Below the pieces are notes generated by a model that had not been told where the DNA came from, did no database searches, and was given only the letters and a program-made list of their open reading frames with translations. 64,000 nucleotides of DNA from a bacterium (GTDB lineage Bacteria; UBA8248): contig OZ241875.1 of the NCBI GenBank assembly GCA_965203325.1, positions 3,520,001 to 3,584,000 of the forward strand. Reading direction: 5' to 3'. The translations under genes were made by a program, and so were the position numbers. Every line of letters starts with the position of its first letter. Within the stretch, counting starts at the first letter, position 1. Below are positions 30,673 through 41,045 of the stretch, piece by piece.

Positions 30673-31062
30673 ATCGTCCGAAAGGGGTTTGCTGACCTCG
30701 ATCAGAAACCCGTTCGGGTCCTTCAGCATGAACATGCGCACGCCCCAGGGGGCGTCGAGTGGCGGGAAAACGGTTTCCGCGCCTTTTTCCACGAGGACGT
30801 CATAGGCGCGGTCCACGTCCTCGGGCGTGAGCGTGACGACGACGCCCGAGCCCCTGGGTTCCCGGAGGGGTTCGAGATTCCACTTGCGCATCTCCTCATC
30901 GGGAATCGGCGCGTGGATGACGAGCGAGGTTCCTCCCACGTCATATCGCACGTGTTGTTTCTCCCGGCTCGCTTCTTTCAGACCCAGCGTTTCGGTATAA
31001 AAACGACACGACGCCTCGTAGTCTTTGGTGATGAGGAAAACGGCGGGCAGCGATTCGAACAA
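30664..31062 (-). CDS. VOC/glyoxalase family protein
   Basis: FYTETLGL, DVDRAY, PWGVRMFMLKDPNGFLIEV. Confidence 0.88.
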   Translation of the reverse strand: MFESLPAVFLITKDYEASCRFYTETLGLKEASREKQHVRYDVGGTSLVIHAPIPDEEMRKWNLEPLREPRGSGVVVTLTPEDVDRAYDVLVEKGAETVFPPLDAPWGVRMFMLKDPNGFLIEVSKPLSDDSG

Positions 31063-31106
31063 TTCAGACTCCTTGCAGTTTTGATGCGCTCGTTTGGAGA
31101 AAAGGA

Positions 31107-31790
31107 ATGCCCCATCCCCTGGTCGAGCTGAAAGAAGTGTCCAAAACTTACGTCGCAGGCGATGTGCTCATCCACGCGCTTAAAGATGTGAACTTCCGGG
31201 TAGAACAAGGCGAGTTTATCACGGTTTCGGGCCCGAGCGGCTCGGGCAAGAGCACGTTTCTGCACTTGATGGGCGCGGTCGATGCACCCACCGGCGGCGA
31301 GGTTTTTCTGGGCGGACGGGAAATATCGCGCCTGAGCGATGAGGGCCTGAGCGAAATTCGCCGCAAAGAGGTGGGCTTCATCCATCAGTTCTTTCACCTC
31401 ATGCCGACGATGACGGCTTATGAAAACGTCGCCCTGCCGCTACTGCTTCAGGGCCGGAAGCGCGCCGAGATCAAAGAGATGGCCGAAAACGCCCTGGCGC
31501 GGGTAGGGCTTGAGAACCGTATGCGCAGCTTCCCGAGGCAACTCTCGGGCGGCGAGATGCAGCGCGTGGCCGTTGCGCGCGCCGTCATCCACAAACCCCG
31601 TCTCATCCTCGCCGATGAGCCGACGGGAAATCTCGATTCTGAAAACTCGCAAAACGTCCTGGAACTCGTCGCAGAACTCCACGAAGAAGATGGTTTCACT
31701 GTCGTCATGGCGACGCACGACCAGATGCCCTTGCACTACGCCACCCGGAGGGTCGGAATAGTTGATGGCCGCCTGGAGGGGGGTTGTTGA
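31107..31790 (+). CDS. ABC transporter ATP-binding protein (LolD/MacB type); stop codon lies in the MITE end
   Basis: [25 protein letters not shown]. Confidence 0.95.
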   Translation: MPHPLVELKEVSKTYVAGDVLIHALKDVNFRVEQGEFITVSGPSGSGKSTFLHLMGAVDAPTGGEVFLGGREISRLSDEGLSEIRRKEVGFIHQFFHLMPTMTAYENVALPLLLQGRKRAEIKEMAENALARVGLENRMRSFPRQLSGGEMQRVAVARAVIHKPRLILADEPTGNLDSENSQNVLELVAELHEEDGFTVVMATHDQMPLHYATRRVGIVDGRLEGGC

Positions 31791-32088
31791 AAAAGACCTG
31801 GCTTCGTGATTCGGCGTATGTAATCGACCGGGGAGGGAATATGTCTCCATCCGCGTTTGGTGACGTAGGGGCGGCCCCCCGTGGCCGCCCGTATCGAAGA
31901 TGTCTACCCTCGTGGTTGTCCCGCATCAGGACAGGCACAGGGGCCTGTCCCTACGGTGTACAATTCGATAATCGGGATGCCCTCCCCCAAAGGGGTTGTT
32001 GTCTTTCCGATCGAGAGTGTTCACCGTCATTCCGGCGGAATGACGGCAGTGGCCAATTCCGGGCGAGAAGGGGTTTTTCAACAACCCC
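31780..32088. mobile_element. MITE with perfect 15-bp terminal inverted repeats and 5-bp target duplication
   Basis: GGGGTTGTTGAAAAA / TTTTTCAACAACCCC; GGAGG at both 31775-31779 and 32089-32093; GTAG-REP doublet and CGTC palindrome inside. Confidence 0.92.
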
Positions 32089-32103
32089 GGAGGCGGCGGG
32101 CTG

Positions 32104-34698
32104 ATGAGCCTCACCTTTTCCCTCTTGCGTCTTCTCGCGTGGCGGCGCCTCAAGGAAGAGCCGTTTCGTCTGTTGCTCACGTTGGTGGGGGTGGCCTTGG
32201 GCGTCGCCGTATTCATCGCCGTCAAGATGGCGAACGAGACTTCCATCCGGGCGTTTGAGAATAGTTTGGTCGCCATCTCGGGCAAGACGCAACTGGAAGT
32301 CTCCGCGGGCGGTCTGGGCGTGGATGAAAATCTCATCTTGAGGCTCCGGGCGATGCGGGAGGTGAAAAGGGCGGCGCCTGTCATTCAGCACCACGTCTGG
32401 ATAAGAAAGGCGGATGGCTCAGGGGCCAAATGGCGGCGCGGCGCCCCTTCGCAAGGACGCGCCGTCCTGGCCCTGGGACTCGATTTGCTGGGAGACAATG
32501 ATTTCAGGGGCTATGAGTTCGAAAATAAGTATTCGCGCGAGGAAATTCTCTCGCGCATCGCCGACCCGCAGGGTCTGTTCATCGCCCGTGGGGTGGCCGA
32601 TACGCTGGGCGTCGGGAGGGGCGATTTCGTTGAGGTCGAAGCCGCGCGAAGAATGCGCTTTCGCGTCCGGGGCGTCCTGAAGCCGGAAGGCATGGCGAAG
32701 TCGATGGACGGCCGCCTCCTCATCATGGACATCGGTGTCGCCCAAGAGGTGTTCGAGCGGTTCGGTCGTCTGGACAGGATCGATCTGATTCTCGAAGATG
32801 GAAGCGAAATCGAATCGATCCGCGAAAAAATCCAGCGCATTCTCCCGCCCGGCGCAGTGGTTGATCGGCCCGCGCGGCGCGGACGCGACGTGGAGAAGAT
32901 GCTGGCGTCGTTCCAGCTCAATCTCACCGTGCTGAGCGTCATCGCGCTGCTGGTGGGTTGTTTTCTCATCTACAACACGATGTCGGCATCCGTATTGCGG
33001 CGCAGGGGCGAAATCGCCACCCTGCGCTCACTCGGCATGACGGCGAGAGGAATCGTCTTCCTCTACGGGGCGGAGGCGCTTTGCATCGGTCTGGCGGGTT
33101 CAAGTCTCGGCGTCGCGATGGGGGCCTTCATGGCCCAGGGAGCGCTCTCGTTCATCTCCCAGACGATCAGGAACCTCTACGCGTTTCTGGAGGTGCGCTA
33201 TGTTTTATTAGGTCCCGAGACGCTCGTTTGGGGATTCGGCGTGGGCCTGGGCGTCGCTCTCGTTTCGGGACTTTTCCCGGCGATTGCGGCCTCGCGCCAG
33301 AGTCCACGCCAGGGCATTGTGGAGAGGCAGGGAATCGTGGAGGTGCGCCCCAAAGTTATTGCCGTTTTGATTGCAGGCGCCTTGATTACCGCTCTCTTCG
33401 CCTACTGGCTGAATCTCCAGGCACTGGCGGGGGGAACCCCTTTCCCCGGCTATCTCTCGGCGGCGGCGGTCATCCTGGCCGCCGCGCTGGCGAGTCTGCC
33501 GGTCGTCTTGCTGGGTTCGATCATCATCCGGCGGGTGCTGGGCGGCGTCTTGGAAGCGTGGCTCGCCGCGCACGGTCTGGGCAGGCACCCGCATCGAAAC
33601 GCGGTTACACTCTCCTCACTGGCGATAGCCGTGGCCATGCTGGTGAGCCTGATCATCATGATCGAGAGTTTCCGCGCCACGGTGGAAATCTGGACGCATC
33701 AGACGCTGAGAGCCGACTTCTACGCCGCGCCCGCATCGCGCTTCATCAAGGGTTCAAAGGCGAGCATTTCAGAGGATGCGTTGAAAACTATTCGTAGTGT
33801 TCGAGGCGTCGCGGCGGTCGATGGCTTCCGGGCCATACGCCTGCCCTGGCGCGGAGAGCGCATCACGCTGGCTGGCGGTGATTTCCGCATCGTGGCCGAA
33901 AGGGGCCGCCTGCTGTTCCTGGACGGCGACTCGAAAGAAACGCTCACGCGGGCGAAGAGGCGCGGCGAGGCCATCGTTACCGAGACGTTCTCGAACCTCT
34001 ACGTTGTCAAGAAAGGAGACCTCCTGCGCCTCCCGGCTCCTGGAGGCGAGGTCGCGGTGCGCGTTGCGGGCGTGTATTACGACTACACCACCGACGGCGG
34101 GTTCGTCGTGGTGGATCGCGCGTTCCTGAAAAAACACTGGAGGGATGATCGCTTGAGCTCCCTTGCGATATATCTCACGGAAAACGCGCGGCCGGAAGGA
34201 GTGCGCAAATCGCTCGGAGATGTTCTCGACCCCACCATGGTGCTGATATCGAACGCGGGCCTCAAAAAGCGCGTATCGAACATCTTCGACCAGACGTTCG
34301 CCATCACGTATGCGCTGGAGTTCATCGCCGTTCTGGTGGCCCTGCTCGGCGTGGCCACGGGGCTGAGCTCGAACATACTGGAGCGCGTTCACGAAATCGG
34401 CGCGCTGCGCGCCATGGGTTTGAACCGCAAGGGAATCATAAGCGCAATCATGGGGGAGGCGGTCATTCTGGGCGCACTCTCGGTTTTGGTCGGCCTTGCG
34501 GCGGGCGTGTGTCTGGCGGCCATCCTGATCTTCGTCGTCAACAAGCTCAGTTTCGGCTGGACGATTCAGTATATCTTCGCCTGGAAGGGCATGGTTGCTT
34601 ATCTTCTCGTCGTGGTTCTCGCTTCGCTGGCGGCGAGCTGGCTTCCCGCGAGGGCAGCGGCGGGCATCCCCATTCGGGAGGCGTTGAGCGAGGAATGA
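32104..34698 (+). CDS. FtsX/MacB-type ABC permease (duplicated architecture)
   Basis: GVALGVAV, IATLRSLG, IGALRAMG, FGWTI; two permease halves. Confidence 0.93.
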   Translation: MSLTFSLLRLLAWRRLKEEPFRLLLTLVGVALGVAVFIAVKMANETSIRAFENSLVAISGKTQLEVSAGGLGVDENLILRLRAMREVKRAAPVIQHHVWIRKADGSGAKWRRGAPSQGRAVLALGLDLLGDNDFRGYEFENKYSREEILSRIADPQGLFIARGVADTLGVGRGDFVEVEAARRMRFRVRGVLKPEGMAKSMDGRLLIMDIGVAQEVFERFGRLDRIDLILEDGSEIESIREKIQRILPPGAVVDRPARRGRDVEKMLASFQLNLTVLSVIALLVGCFLIYNTMSASVLRRRGEIATLRSLGMTARGIVFLYGAEALCIGLAGSSLGVAMGAFMAQGALSFISQTIRNLYAFLEVRYVLLGPETLVWGFGVGLGVALVSGLFPAIAASRQSPRQGIVERQGIVEVRPKVIAVLIAGALITALFAYWLNLQALAGGTPFPGYLSAAAVILAAALASLPVVLLGSIIIRRVLGGVLEAWLAAHGLGRHPHRNAVTLSSLAIAVAMLVSLIIMIESFRATVEIWTHQTLRADFYAAPASRFIKGSKASISEDALKTIRSVRGVAAVDGFRAIRLPWRGERITLAGGDFRIVAERGRLLFLDGDSKETLTRAKRRGEAIVTETFSNLYVVKKGDLLRLPAPGGEVAVRVAGVYYDYTTDGGFVVVDRAFLKKHWRDDRLSSLAIYLTENARPEGVRKSLGDVLDPTMVLISNAGLKKRVSNIFDQTFAITYALEFIAVLVALLGVATGLSSNILERVHEIGALRAMGLNRKGIISAIMGEAVILGALSVLVGLAAGVCLAAILIFVVNKLSFGWTIQYIFAWKGMVAYLLVVVLASLAASWLPARAAAGIPIREALSEE

Positions 34699-35807
34699 AG
34701 AAACTGATTCCATCTCTTCTGGCCGCCGTCATCATCCTGGGCGCTGTGCCCGCGCATCCCGCAAACTGGCGGCAAGCGCTGCCCGGCTATCGCTACCAGT
34801 TCCCCAGAGACCACGGCGCGCACGAGGCGTTCCGAACGGAGTGGTGGTATTTCTCGGGAAATTTGCAGGATGCCGAGGGCGGGGAATACCCGTTCATGCT
34901 CACGTTTTTCAGGGCGGGGCTTCGACCGGGAGCGCCCCGGAAGTCGAAAAGCCGCTGGGCGCTCCGGAATCTCTATTTCGGGCATTTCTCGGTCCTGGAC
35001 GCGAAGCGGAAGAAGCACCGGTTTTCCGAGCGAATCAGCCGGGGCGAACTCGAACAGGCGGGCGCGTCGGAGAAGGGCCTCGAGGTCTGGCTGCGCGACT
35101 GGCGCGCCGATAGCAAGGGCGGGGAAGGCGAATCTTCGTTCCGGATAAGCGCGGCGGCGCCCGGGATGAAGCTGCGCCTCGATCTGAAACCTGCGAAACC
35201 CCTCGTGATTCACGGCGAAGACGGAGTGAGCCGGAAGGCGCCGGGTCTGGGGCGCGCCTCTCACTATTATTCCTATACGCGGCTTCTCGCGTCGGGCGTC
35301 CTCGAATTGGAGGGGAGGAAGATTGAGGTGCGCGGAACGGCGTGGATGGACCATGAGTTCGGCTCGAACCAGTTGACGAAGGATCAGGTGGGGTGGGACT
35401 GGCTGAGCCTCCAGTTGTCCGACGGCCGGGATTTGATGTTATATCTCATGAGGCGAAAAGACGGGAGCGTGGAGCCCACGAGCAGCGGCACGCTGGTGGA
35501 GGCGGACGGCAGCGCGGCGCATCTGCGCCTCGGGGATTTCCGCTTCGAGGGTCTGGATACCTGGAAGAGCGAGCGAAGCGGTGCCGTCTATCCCATGGGC
35601 TGGGAGGTCGAGGTTCCGGCGCACGGCCTGCGCTTGCGGGTTGCGCCGTATGCCCGCGCGCAGGAGATTGAATCGAAAGGCAGTACGGGCATCACCTATT
35701 GGGAAGGGGGCGTTTTCGCCGAAAGCGCCCCGGGCGAAAAAAAGCTCACGGGGGTGGGATTTGTCGAGATGACGGGGTACGCTCCCGAGGGACGACCCAA
35801 ATTCTGA
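34695..35807 (+). CDS. Secreted AttH/CrtC-like lipocalin-fold protein
   Basis: Signal peptide; FPRDHGAH, TEWWY, WMDHEF, GWDW, YWEG, GFVEMTGY. Confidence 0.9.
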   Translation: MKKLIPSLLAAVIILGAVPAHPANWRQALPGYRYQFPRDHGAHEAFRTEWWYFSGNLQDAEGGEYPFMLTFFRAGLRPGAPRKSKSRWALRNLYFGHFSVLDAKRKKHRFSERISRGELEQAGASEKGLEVWLRDWRADSKGGEGESSFRISAAAPGMKLRLDLKPAKPLVIHGEDGVSRKAPGLGRASHYYSYTRLLASGVLELEGRKIEVRGTAWMDHEFGSNQLTKDQVGWDWLSLQLSDGRDLMLYLMRRKDGSVEPTSSGTLVEADGSAAHLRLGDFRFEGLDTWKSERSGAVYPMGWEVEVPAHGLRLRVAPYARAQEIESKGSTGITYWEGGVFAESAPGEKKLTGVGFVEMTGYAPEGRPKF

Positions 35808-35856
35808 TTTTCATATTCCCCTCGGGGAGATGGCTTCGTATGTTTGGAGATGCGAG

Positions 35857-36753
35857 ATGACGGAAAGCGCGAATATCGGAATCGTAGGGCTCGGCCTCAT
35901 GGGAACGGCCATGAGCCAGAAGCTGATGGAAGCGGGGCACCGCGTGCGCGGGTTCGACATCGACGGGAGCAGGCTCGATGCCCTCGCCGAAAACGGGGGC
36001 ACGCCTACGGGCTCGGCGGCGGAGGCGGCGGAGGATGCGCAGTTCGTCATCATCTCCCTGCTCTACAGCCACGTCGTCCGCGAAAGCTGTCTGGGCGATG
36101 GGGGCATCGCGGGCGTGGCGCGGGAGGGCCTCATCATCATCGACACCTCGACTGCGAGCCCCGATGACTCGGAAAAACTCGGGGCAGACCTCCGCGCCAG
36201 GAACATCGGCTTTCTCGATGCGAGCCTGAGCGGTTCGCGCAACCAGGTGCTCGACGGGCAGATCGTCTCCGTCGTCGGGGGCGAGGAGAGCGATTTCGAG
36301 AAGGCGGAGCCGATTCTGGCCACCTTCGCCCGCTCCATCCACCACATGGGGCCGTGCGGGGCGGGTGCGCGGACGAAGCTCGTCATCAACCTCGTGCTGG
36401 GTCTCACGCGCCTGGCGCTCTCGGAGGGTCTCGTTCTGGGGATGAAGTCGGGCCTCGAAATGGAGGGCCTGCTCGAAGTGCTCAAGGACAGCGCGGCCTA
36501 CAGCAAGGCCATGGACCAGCGCGGCCCCCGCATGATCCACGCGGATTACGATAATCCCCTCTCGCGCATCAAACAGCACCACAAGGACGTGCGGCTCATG
36601 CTGGAGCAGGGCCAGAAGCTCGGCTCCCCCATGCTGCTCAGCTCCGTGCACCAGCAGGTGCTTCAGGCCGCCGAGCATGGCGGGCTCGCCGATGCGGACA
36701 CGTCGGCCATCATCGAGGTATTCAGGCGCATGGCGGGCATCCCCTCCCGCTAG
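35857..36753 (+). CDS. Beta-hydroxyacid dehydrogenase family oxidoreductase
   Basis: GIVGLGLMG, DASLSG, KLVIN, KDVRL. Confidence 0.92.
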   Translation: MTESANIGIVGLGLMGTAMSQKLMEAGHRVRGFDIDGSRLDALAENGGTPTGSAAEAAEDAQFVIISLLYSHVVRESCLGDGGIAGVAREGLIIIDTSTASPDDSEKLGADLRARNIGFLDASLSGSRNQVLDGQIVSVVGGEESDFEKAEPILATFARSIHHMGPCGAGARTKLVINLVLGLTRLALSEGLVLGMKSGLEMEGLLEVLKDSAAYSKAMDQRGPRMIHADYDNPLSRIKQHHKDVRLMLEQGQKLGSPMLLSSVHQQVLQAAEHGGLADADTSAIIEVFRRMAGIPSR

Positions 36754-36789
36754 GCGTATGGCTCATACACATTGGAAGGATCCCAAGAC

Positions 36790-38391
36790 ATGGTGAAAAG
36801 AATATCGCCGGTTGTACTCAAGGAATTGATGGAAAGCGACCGCCCGCACGCGGTGCTCGACGTGCGCGACCCGATGGAGTTTCACGAAAAGCAGATATTC
36901 ATGACCACGAACGCCCCGCGCGGTGACATCGAGTTTCTGGCCGCGCGCCTCGTGCCCGTCAGGGCGACGCCCGTGGTCTGCATGGACGAGGGCGGTTCGA
37001 GGGTGGAACTCGTCGCGGCGCTTCTCGAAGAGTGCGGCTATACGGACGTCTCCGTGCTCGAAGGCGGCCTCGGCGCGTGGGAGGCGCAGGCGTATCCCAC
37101 GGCTTCGGGAACGAACGTGCCGAGCAAGGACTTCGGCGAGCGGATTCACGTGGAAAACGCGGTGCCCGAGATTACGGCGCGGGAACTATATGAGCTGATC
37201 GAGAGCGATGCGCCGCCGCGCATCTTCGACACGAGGACGGAGGTGGAATTCGAGCGCTTCTGCGTCCCCACCGGGCGGAGCCTGCCGGGAGGCGAACTCA
37301 TCCTCCACGCGTGGGATCTGGATCAGGACAAGGAAACGCCCCTCATCATCAACTGCGCGGGCCGGACCCGCAGCATCATCGGCACGCAGGCGCTTCACCG
37401 GCTGGGCGTCACGCACGCGCGAGCGCTCAAAAACGGCGGCATGGGCATCATGCTGGAAGGCTTGCAGCTGGAGGAAGGAACACCGAGCGAGATTCCCGCT
37501 CCCTCAGAAGAAAGCCGCGCCCACGGGGAGGTACTCGGCGCCCGGGTGGCCGAAGAAGAGGGGATACCCTTCGTCTCCGCCCAAGAGCTTCAAGCGCTTC
37601 AGGCGGAAGCCGACTCCAGCACGCTCTACGTGCTCGACGTGCGCCTGGCGCCCGAGTTCTCGGAAGGCCACATTCCGGGGGCCATCTCCATCCCCGGCGG
37701 GCAGGCGGCGCAGCGCACCGACGAGGTGATCGCCGTGCGCGCGGGGAAAATCGTGACCTATTGCGACAAGAACGCGCGCGGCGTCATGGCGGCCTACTGG
37801 CTGCGCCAGATGGGGCTCGACGTGAGCGTACTGCGCGGCGGCCTCACGGCGTGGCAGGCGGCGGGAGCAGCGCTCTCGACGCCCAGCGAGGCGGCTTCGG
37901 GAGAAAGCCCGGCAGGGGCGGGCGAGATTCTCCTCCTGGAAAAGGCGCGTGCGCAGACGCGCGCCTATTCGGCAGGGGAAGCGAGCGCCAGGAGGCAGAG
38001 GTTCGGCGCGGTTCTGGACGTGGATTTGAGTTCCTCCTACGAGCGGTGCCATCTGCCGGGGTCCGTATGGGTATCCCGGAGCCGGCTGGAGGAGGAGGCG
38101 CCCGAGCGGGCGGTGAACAAGAGAGCGCGGGTGATGTGCGTTTGCGAGGACGGGCGAAAATCCGCCCTGAGCGCGCTCGCGCTCCAAGGACTCGGCTACC
38201 GCAGGGTCGGTTATCTCGAAGGCGGCAAGGCGGCCTGGCGGGAGGCGGGGTTTTCTCTCGATGCCGGGCGCGAGGGGCTGGATGAACTGCCCAAAGACGT
38301 CCAGCTCAAGCCCTACGACATCGGGCGCAGCGCGATGGAGGGCTACCTCACCTGGGAGGAGAATCTCGGGAAGAAATACGCGCGCAAGTAA
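36790..38391 (+). CDS. Four-domain rhodanese/sulfurtransferase
   Basis: Repeated LDVR and LEGG motifs; NVPSKDFGE; NCAGRTRS. Confidence 0.9.
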   Translation: MVKRISPVVLKELMESDRPHAVLDVRDPMEFHEKQIFMTTNAPRGDIEFLAARLVPVRATPVVCMDEGGSRVELVAALLEECGYTDVSVLEGGLGAWEAQAYPTASGTNVPSKDFGERIHVENAVPEITARELYELIESDAPPRIFDTRTEVEFERFCVPTGRSLPGGELILHAWDLDQDKETPLIINCAGRTRSIIGTQALHRLGVTHARALKNGGMGIMLEGLQLEEGTPSEIPAPSEESRAHGEVLGARVAEEEGIPFVSAQELQALQAEADSSTLYVLDVRLAPEFSEGHIPGAISIPGGQAAQRTDEVIAVRAGKIVTYCDKNARGVMAAYWLRQMGLDVSVLRGGLTAWQAAGAALSTPSEAASGESPAGAGEILLLEKARAQTRAYSAGEASARRQRFGAVLDVDLSSSYERCHLPGSVWVSRSRLEEEAPERAVNKRARVMCVCEDGRKSALSALALQGLGYRRVGYLEGGKAAWREAGFSLDAGREGLDELPKDVQLKPYDIGRSAMEGYLTWEENLGKKYARK

Positions 38392-38410
38392 CGGGCGGCG
38401 TCTTCCGGGT

Positions 38411-38860
38411 CTATTCCGGGTGCGTGGGGTTGGGCGACAGGCCCGGCCGCTGTTTTCTCGCGTTCAGCGAGGCGATGATCTCGAATTCGAGATTTTCGTT
38501 GTAGGCGTTCACCTGCCTCGGAATCGTGAACAGATCCACGATCCACCACACGCCGTAGACGAGCAGACCCAGCACGCCCAAGAGCATGGCCGGAGCGCCC
38601 CCTTCGATATTCTCATGGGCCATGGCTCCGCCAAATAGCGCCAGCATGATCAAAATCCACGGCGCGACGACGTAGGCGATACCCGTCGCGATTCTGCCCA
38701 GATAGAACTTGTGCAGCCCCAGCCAACTGAGAAAAAACCAGAGCGCAAACGTAACGCCCGTCGATTTCCGGCGGCGGTCGAGTTCGATGTTCAGGATGTG
38801 GAGTTCGCGCTCGTCCAGCCCGCCCTTGAGCGTGATGAGCCTCTCGCTTTGGTTCATCAT
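38411..38860 (-). CDS. TM2-domain membrane protein
   Basis: KSTGVTFALWFFLSWLGLHKFYLG...WWIVDLFTIP. Confidence 0.88.
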   Translation of the reverse strand: MMNQSERLITLKGGLDERELHILNIELDRRRKSTGVTFALWFFLSWLGLHKFYLGRIATGIAYVVAPWILIMLALFGGAMAHENIEGGAPAMLLGVLGLLVYGVWWIVDLFTIPRQVNAYNENLEFEIIASLNARKQRPGLSPNPTHPE

Positions 38861-39450
38861 CACTCGCAGTTGTTATGCCGACGCCACATTTCCGCGTTGT
38901 GGCCTTTCGGGACGTTGGCGCAGGGGTCCGCCTTGGAATAGCCCCTGAGCGCTTTGTAGGCGCGTATCTGCTTCTCGGAGAGAACCTTCAGCGTTTCGAT
39001 GTGCGCGGCCAGATGGACGTAGCGCAGTTCTTTTTTCGTTTCGGCGATGTCGCTCAAGGAAGTGCGAAGCAGCGCGTCGGTGATGGTGCGGTTGCGGAAG
39101 CCGCTCTCGAGTCGCCGCTCCAGATCGATGAGGTGCTCGCCGTGATGAATCGCCCGGCTCTTCATCCGCCGGTATATGGCGCCGATGGCCGAGCGCTGGC
39201 TCTCGTCGAGGCCGATTTCATTTTTCATCTCCAGCAAATGGATCGGCCCCGGGACGCCGTTCAACTCCGCCGCCTTGGCCAGCCCCCAGCCGCCGCCGCG
39301 CTTGAGCTCGGCGATGTCCTCCGCCGAGAGGCTCTTGATCTCCCGGCTCTGCTGGCCGGCGTATTTGGAGTGGTGGGACGATGCGTTCTCGCTCGCCTCT
39401 GCGGCGAGGCCGGGCAACAACATTACGAGAGTCAACAAAACTCTGAACAT
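38860..39450 (-). CDS. Periplasmic Spy/CpxP-like helical protein
   Basis: Signal peptide; YAGQQSREIKSLS, AKAAELNGVPGP, LSEKQ; GGAG upstream. Confidence 0.65.
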   Translation of the reverse strand: MFRVLLTLVMLLPGLAAEASENASSHHSKYAGQQSREIKSLSAEDIAELKRGGGWGLAKAAELNGVPGPIHLLEMKNEIGLDESQRSAIGAIYRRMKSRAIHHGEHLIDLERRLESGFRNRTITDALLRTSLSDIAETKKELRYVHLAAHIETLKVLSEKQIRAYKALRGYSKADPCANVPKGHNAEMWRRHNNCE

Positions 39451-39524
39451 GGGAACCTCTCCTTGCGCTTGCTTCCGCCCCGTGTGCGCGGCGGGGCGTC
39501 TTTTGCTTTGGCGGCGTTTTTTGC

Positions 39525-39809
39525 TCAGGCGTTGATGATGCCCGGTTCGTTCCGGCTGATGTCCCACCCCTTCGATTTCATGAAGTCTTTGAATCTTACC
39601 CAGTCGAATTTGCCGGATTCACGGAACCCGAGGATGGATTCCCGCGACAGGTGTTTCTTCATCCATAGGTAGAGCGGCTCTCCGAGCGTGTCGTGGTGCC
39701 TGGCGGCGAATTCGACCAGCGGAATTCCCTCGGGTTCGAGCACGATCCAGTAGCTGCTTCTGTATTTTACCAGCTTCAAATCTTCTTCCAAAGGCTTGTG
39801 GTCGTTCAT
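39525..39809 (-). CDS. Hypothetical protein
   Basis: MNDHKPLEEDLKLVKY... 94-aa frame with GAGG upstream. Confidence 0.55.
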   Translation of the reverse strand: MNDHKPLEEDLKLVKYRSSYWIVLEPEGIPLVEFAARHHDTLGEPLYLWMKKHLSRESILGFRESGKFDWVRFKDFMKSKGWDISRNEPGIINA

Positions 39810-39970
39810 TTTTTGTTCGAATCCTCGTGATGATTGCGGCGGATCCGTGCGGTTTTTCGTTCGATTCGGCGCCTGCGGCCCGCCCGTGATGCGCTCGCGT
39901 GTCGTGAGAATATAACAAGGTCCCTTGCGCAATGGAATAAAATAAATTCGAGACCTAAAGCCCGGAACCT

Positions 39971-40633
39971 TCACTCCCACTTTCTGCGCATCATCTTGAC
40001 GAGTTCGGCGCCCGATTCGCCCGCATCGAACCTTCGGGTGAACTCATCTTCGATTTCCATCACGATTCGGGTCCGCTCGCGCACAGCTTCGGTGTGATCC
40101 TGCGGAACCACGGCCACGCCGTCTGCATCGGCGACCACGATGTCCCCCGGCGCAACCCGCACCCCGCAGCAGGTGACGGTAGTGTCGCGCTCGGCGGCGA
40201 CGAGCCGCTTCGAGTAGGGCAGGGGCCTCGCGCCGCAGCACCACACGGGCAGGCCCAGCTCCCTGATTTCCAGAACGTCGCGCGCGCGCCCGTCCGTGAT
40301 GACGCCCGCCGCACCGCGCCTGTGGATGACGCGTGCGCCGTTGGCTCCCAGGACGGCCATGTCGCTCCCTCCGGTGGCGAGTACGACGAACTTGCCGGGC
40401 TCCATCTCCTCGTGCGTTCCGTAGAGGCTCACGCGGGAGGGATTCACCTCGCCCTCGACGGGCTCGAAGCGCATGGTGGCCGCAGGCGCTGCGACGCGCT
40501 CCTCCGTGAAGGGCGTGAGCGGGCCGACGTCTTTCATGATGAGGTCGAGGTCCAGAAATATCGAGGCGTCCGCGATGGCGGTCGTCGGCGCGCGGGAGAA
40601 GAATTCGAGAGCGTCTTCCATGGGTTTCTCCAT
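39971..40633 (-). CDS. RraA/HMG-aldolase family protein
   Basis: GVITDGRARD, VAPGDIVVADADGVAVVP. Confidence 0.92.
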   Translation of the reverse strand: MEKPMEDALEFFSRAPTTAIADASIFLDLDLIMKDVGPLTPFTEERVAAPAATMRFEPVEGEVNPSRVSLYGTHEEMEPGKFVVLATGGSDMAVLGANGARVIHRRGAAGVITDGRARDVLEIRELGLPVWCCGARPLPYSKRLVAAERDTTVTCCGVRVAPGDIVVADADGVAVVPQDHTEAVRERTRIVMEIEDEFTRRFDAGESGAELVKMMRRKWE

Positions 40634-40779
40634 TGGATGAAAGTCCTGAGTGTGGGGATTTCCTTGGGCGAAGCGCGGATATCGAAGTAAAAGACTACTA
40701 TGGAATGTAAAGCGGTTTGTCTATAATAGCATCGCTTGAAATTTAGATATAGGTAAGATGAATAAAGCGATGGAGGGGG

Positions 40780-41040
40780 ATGATGTCTCTAAAACGCGCA
40801 TTTACGGTGAAAGCTGTATGGGACGATGAAACGCGGGTTTTTTATTCCGTGAGCGACATCGAAGGGCTCCATATCGAAGCCGAAACGATAGAAGAGTTCG
40901 AAGAAATCCTGCAGGATGTAGCGGGTGAGCTCATCGTCGCGAATCATATCAGTTCGGATGAGTTGGTGCACAAACCCATCAGCGAGTTGATTCCTGCCGT
41001 TTTGTGGGAACGCCCGAATATCGAAGCCATGCCTGCATAA
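40780..41040 (+). CDS. DUF1902 / HicB-like antitoxin
   Basis: VKAVWDDETRVFYSVSDIEGLHIEAETIEE; adjacent to a HicA-like gene. Confidence 0.8.
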   Translation: MMSLKRAFTVKAVWDDETRVFYSVSDIEGLHIEAETIEEFEEILQDVAGELIVANHISSDELVHKPISELIPAVLWERPNIEAMPA

Positions 41041-41045
41041 GAAAT

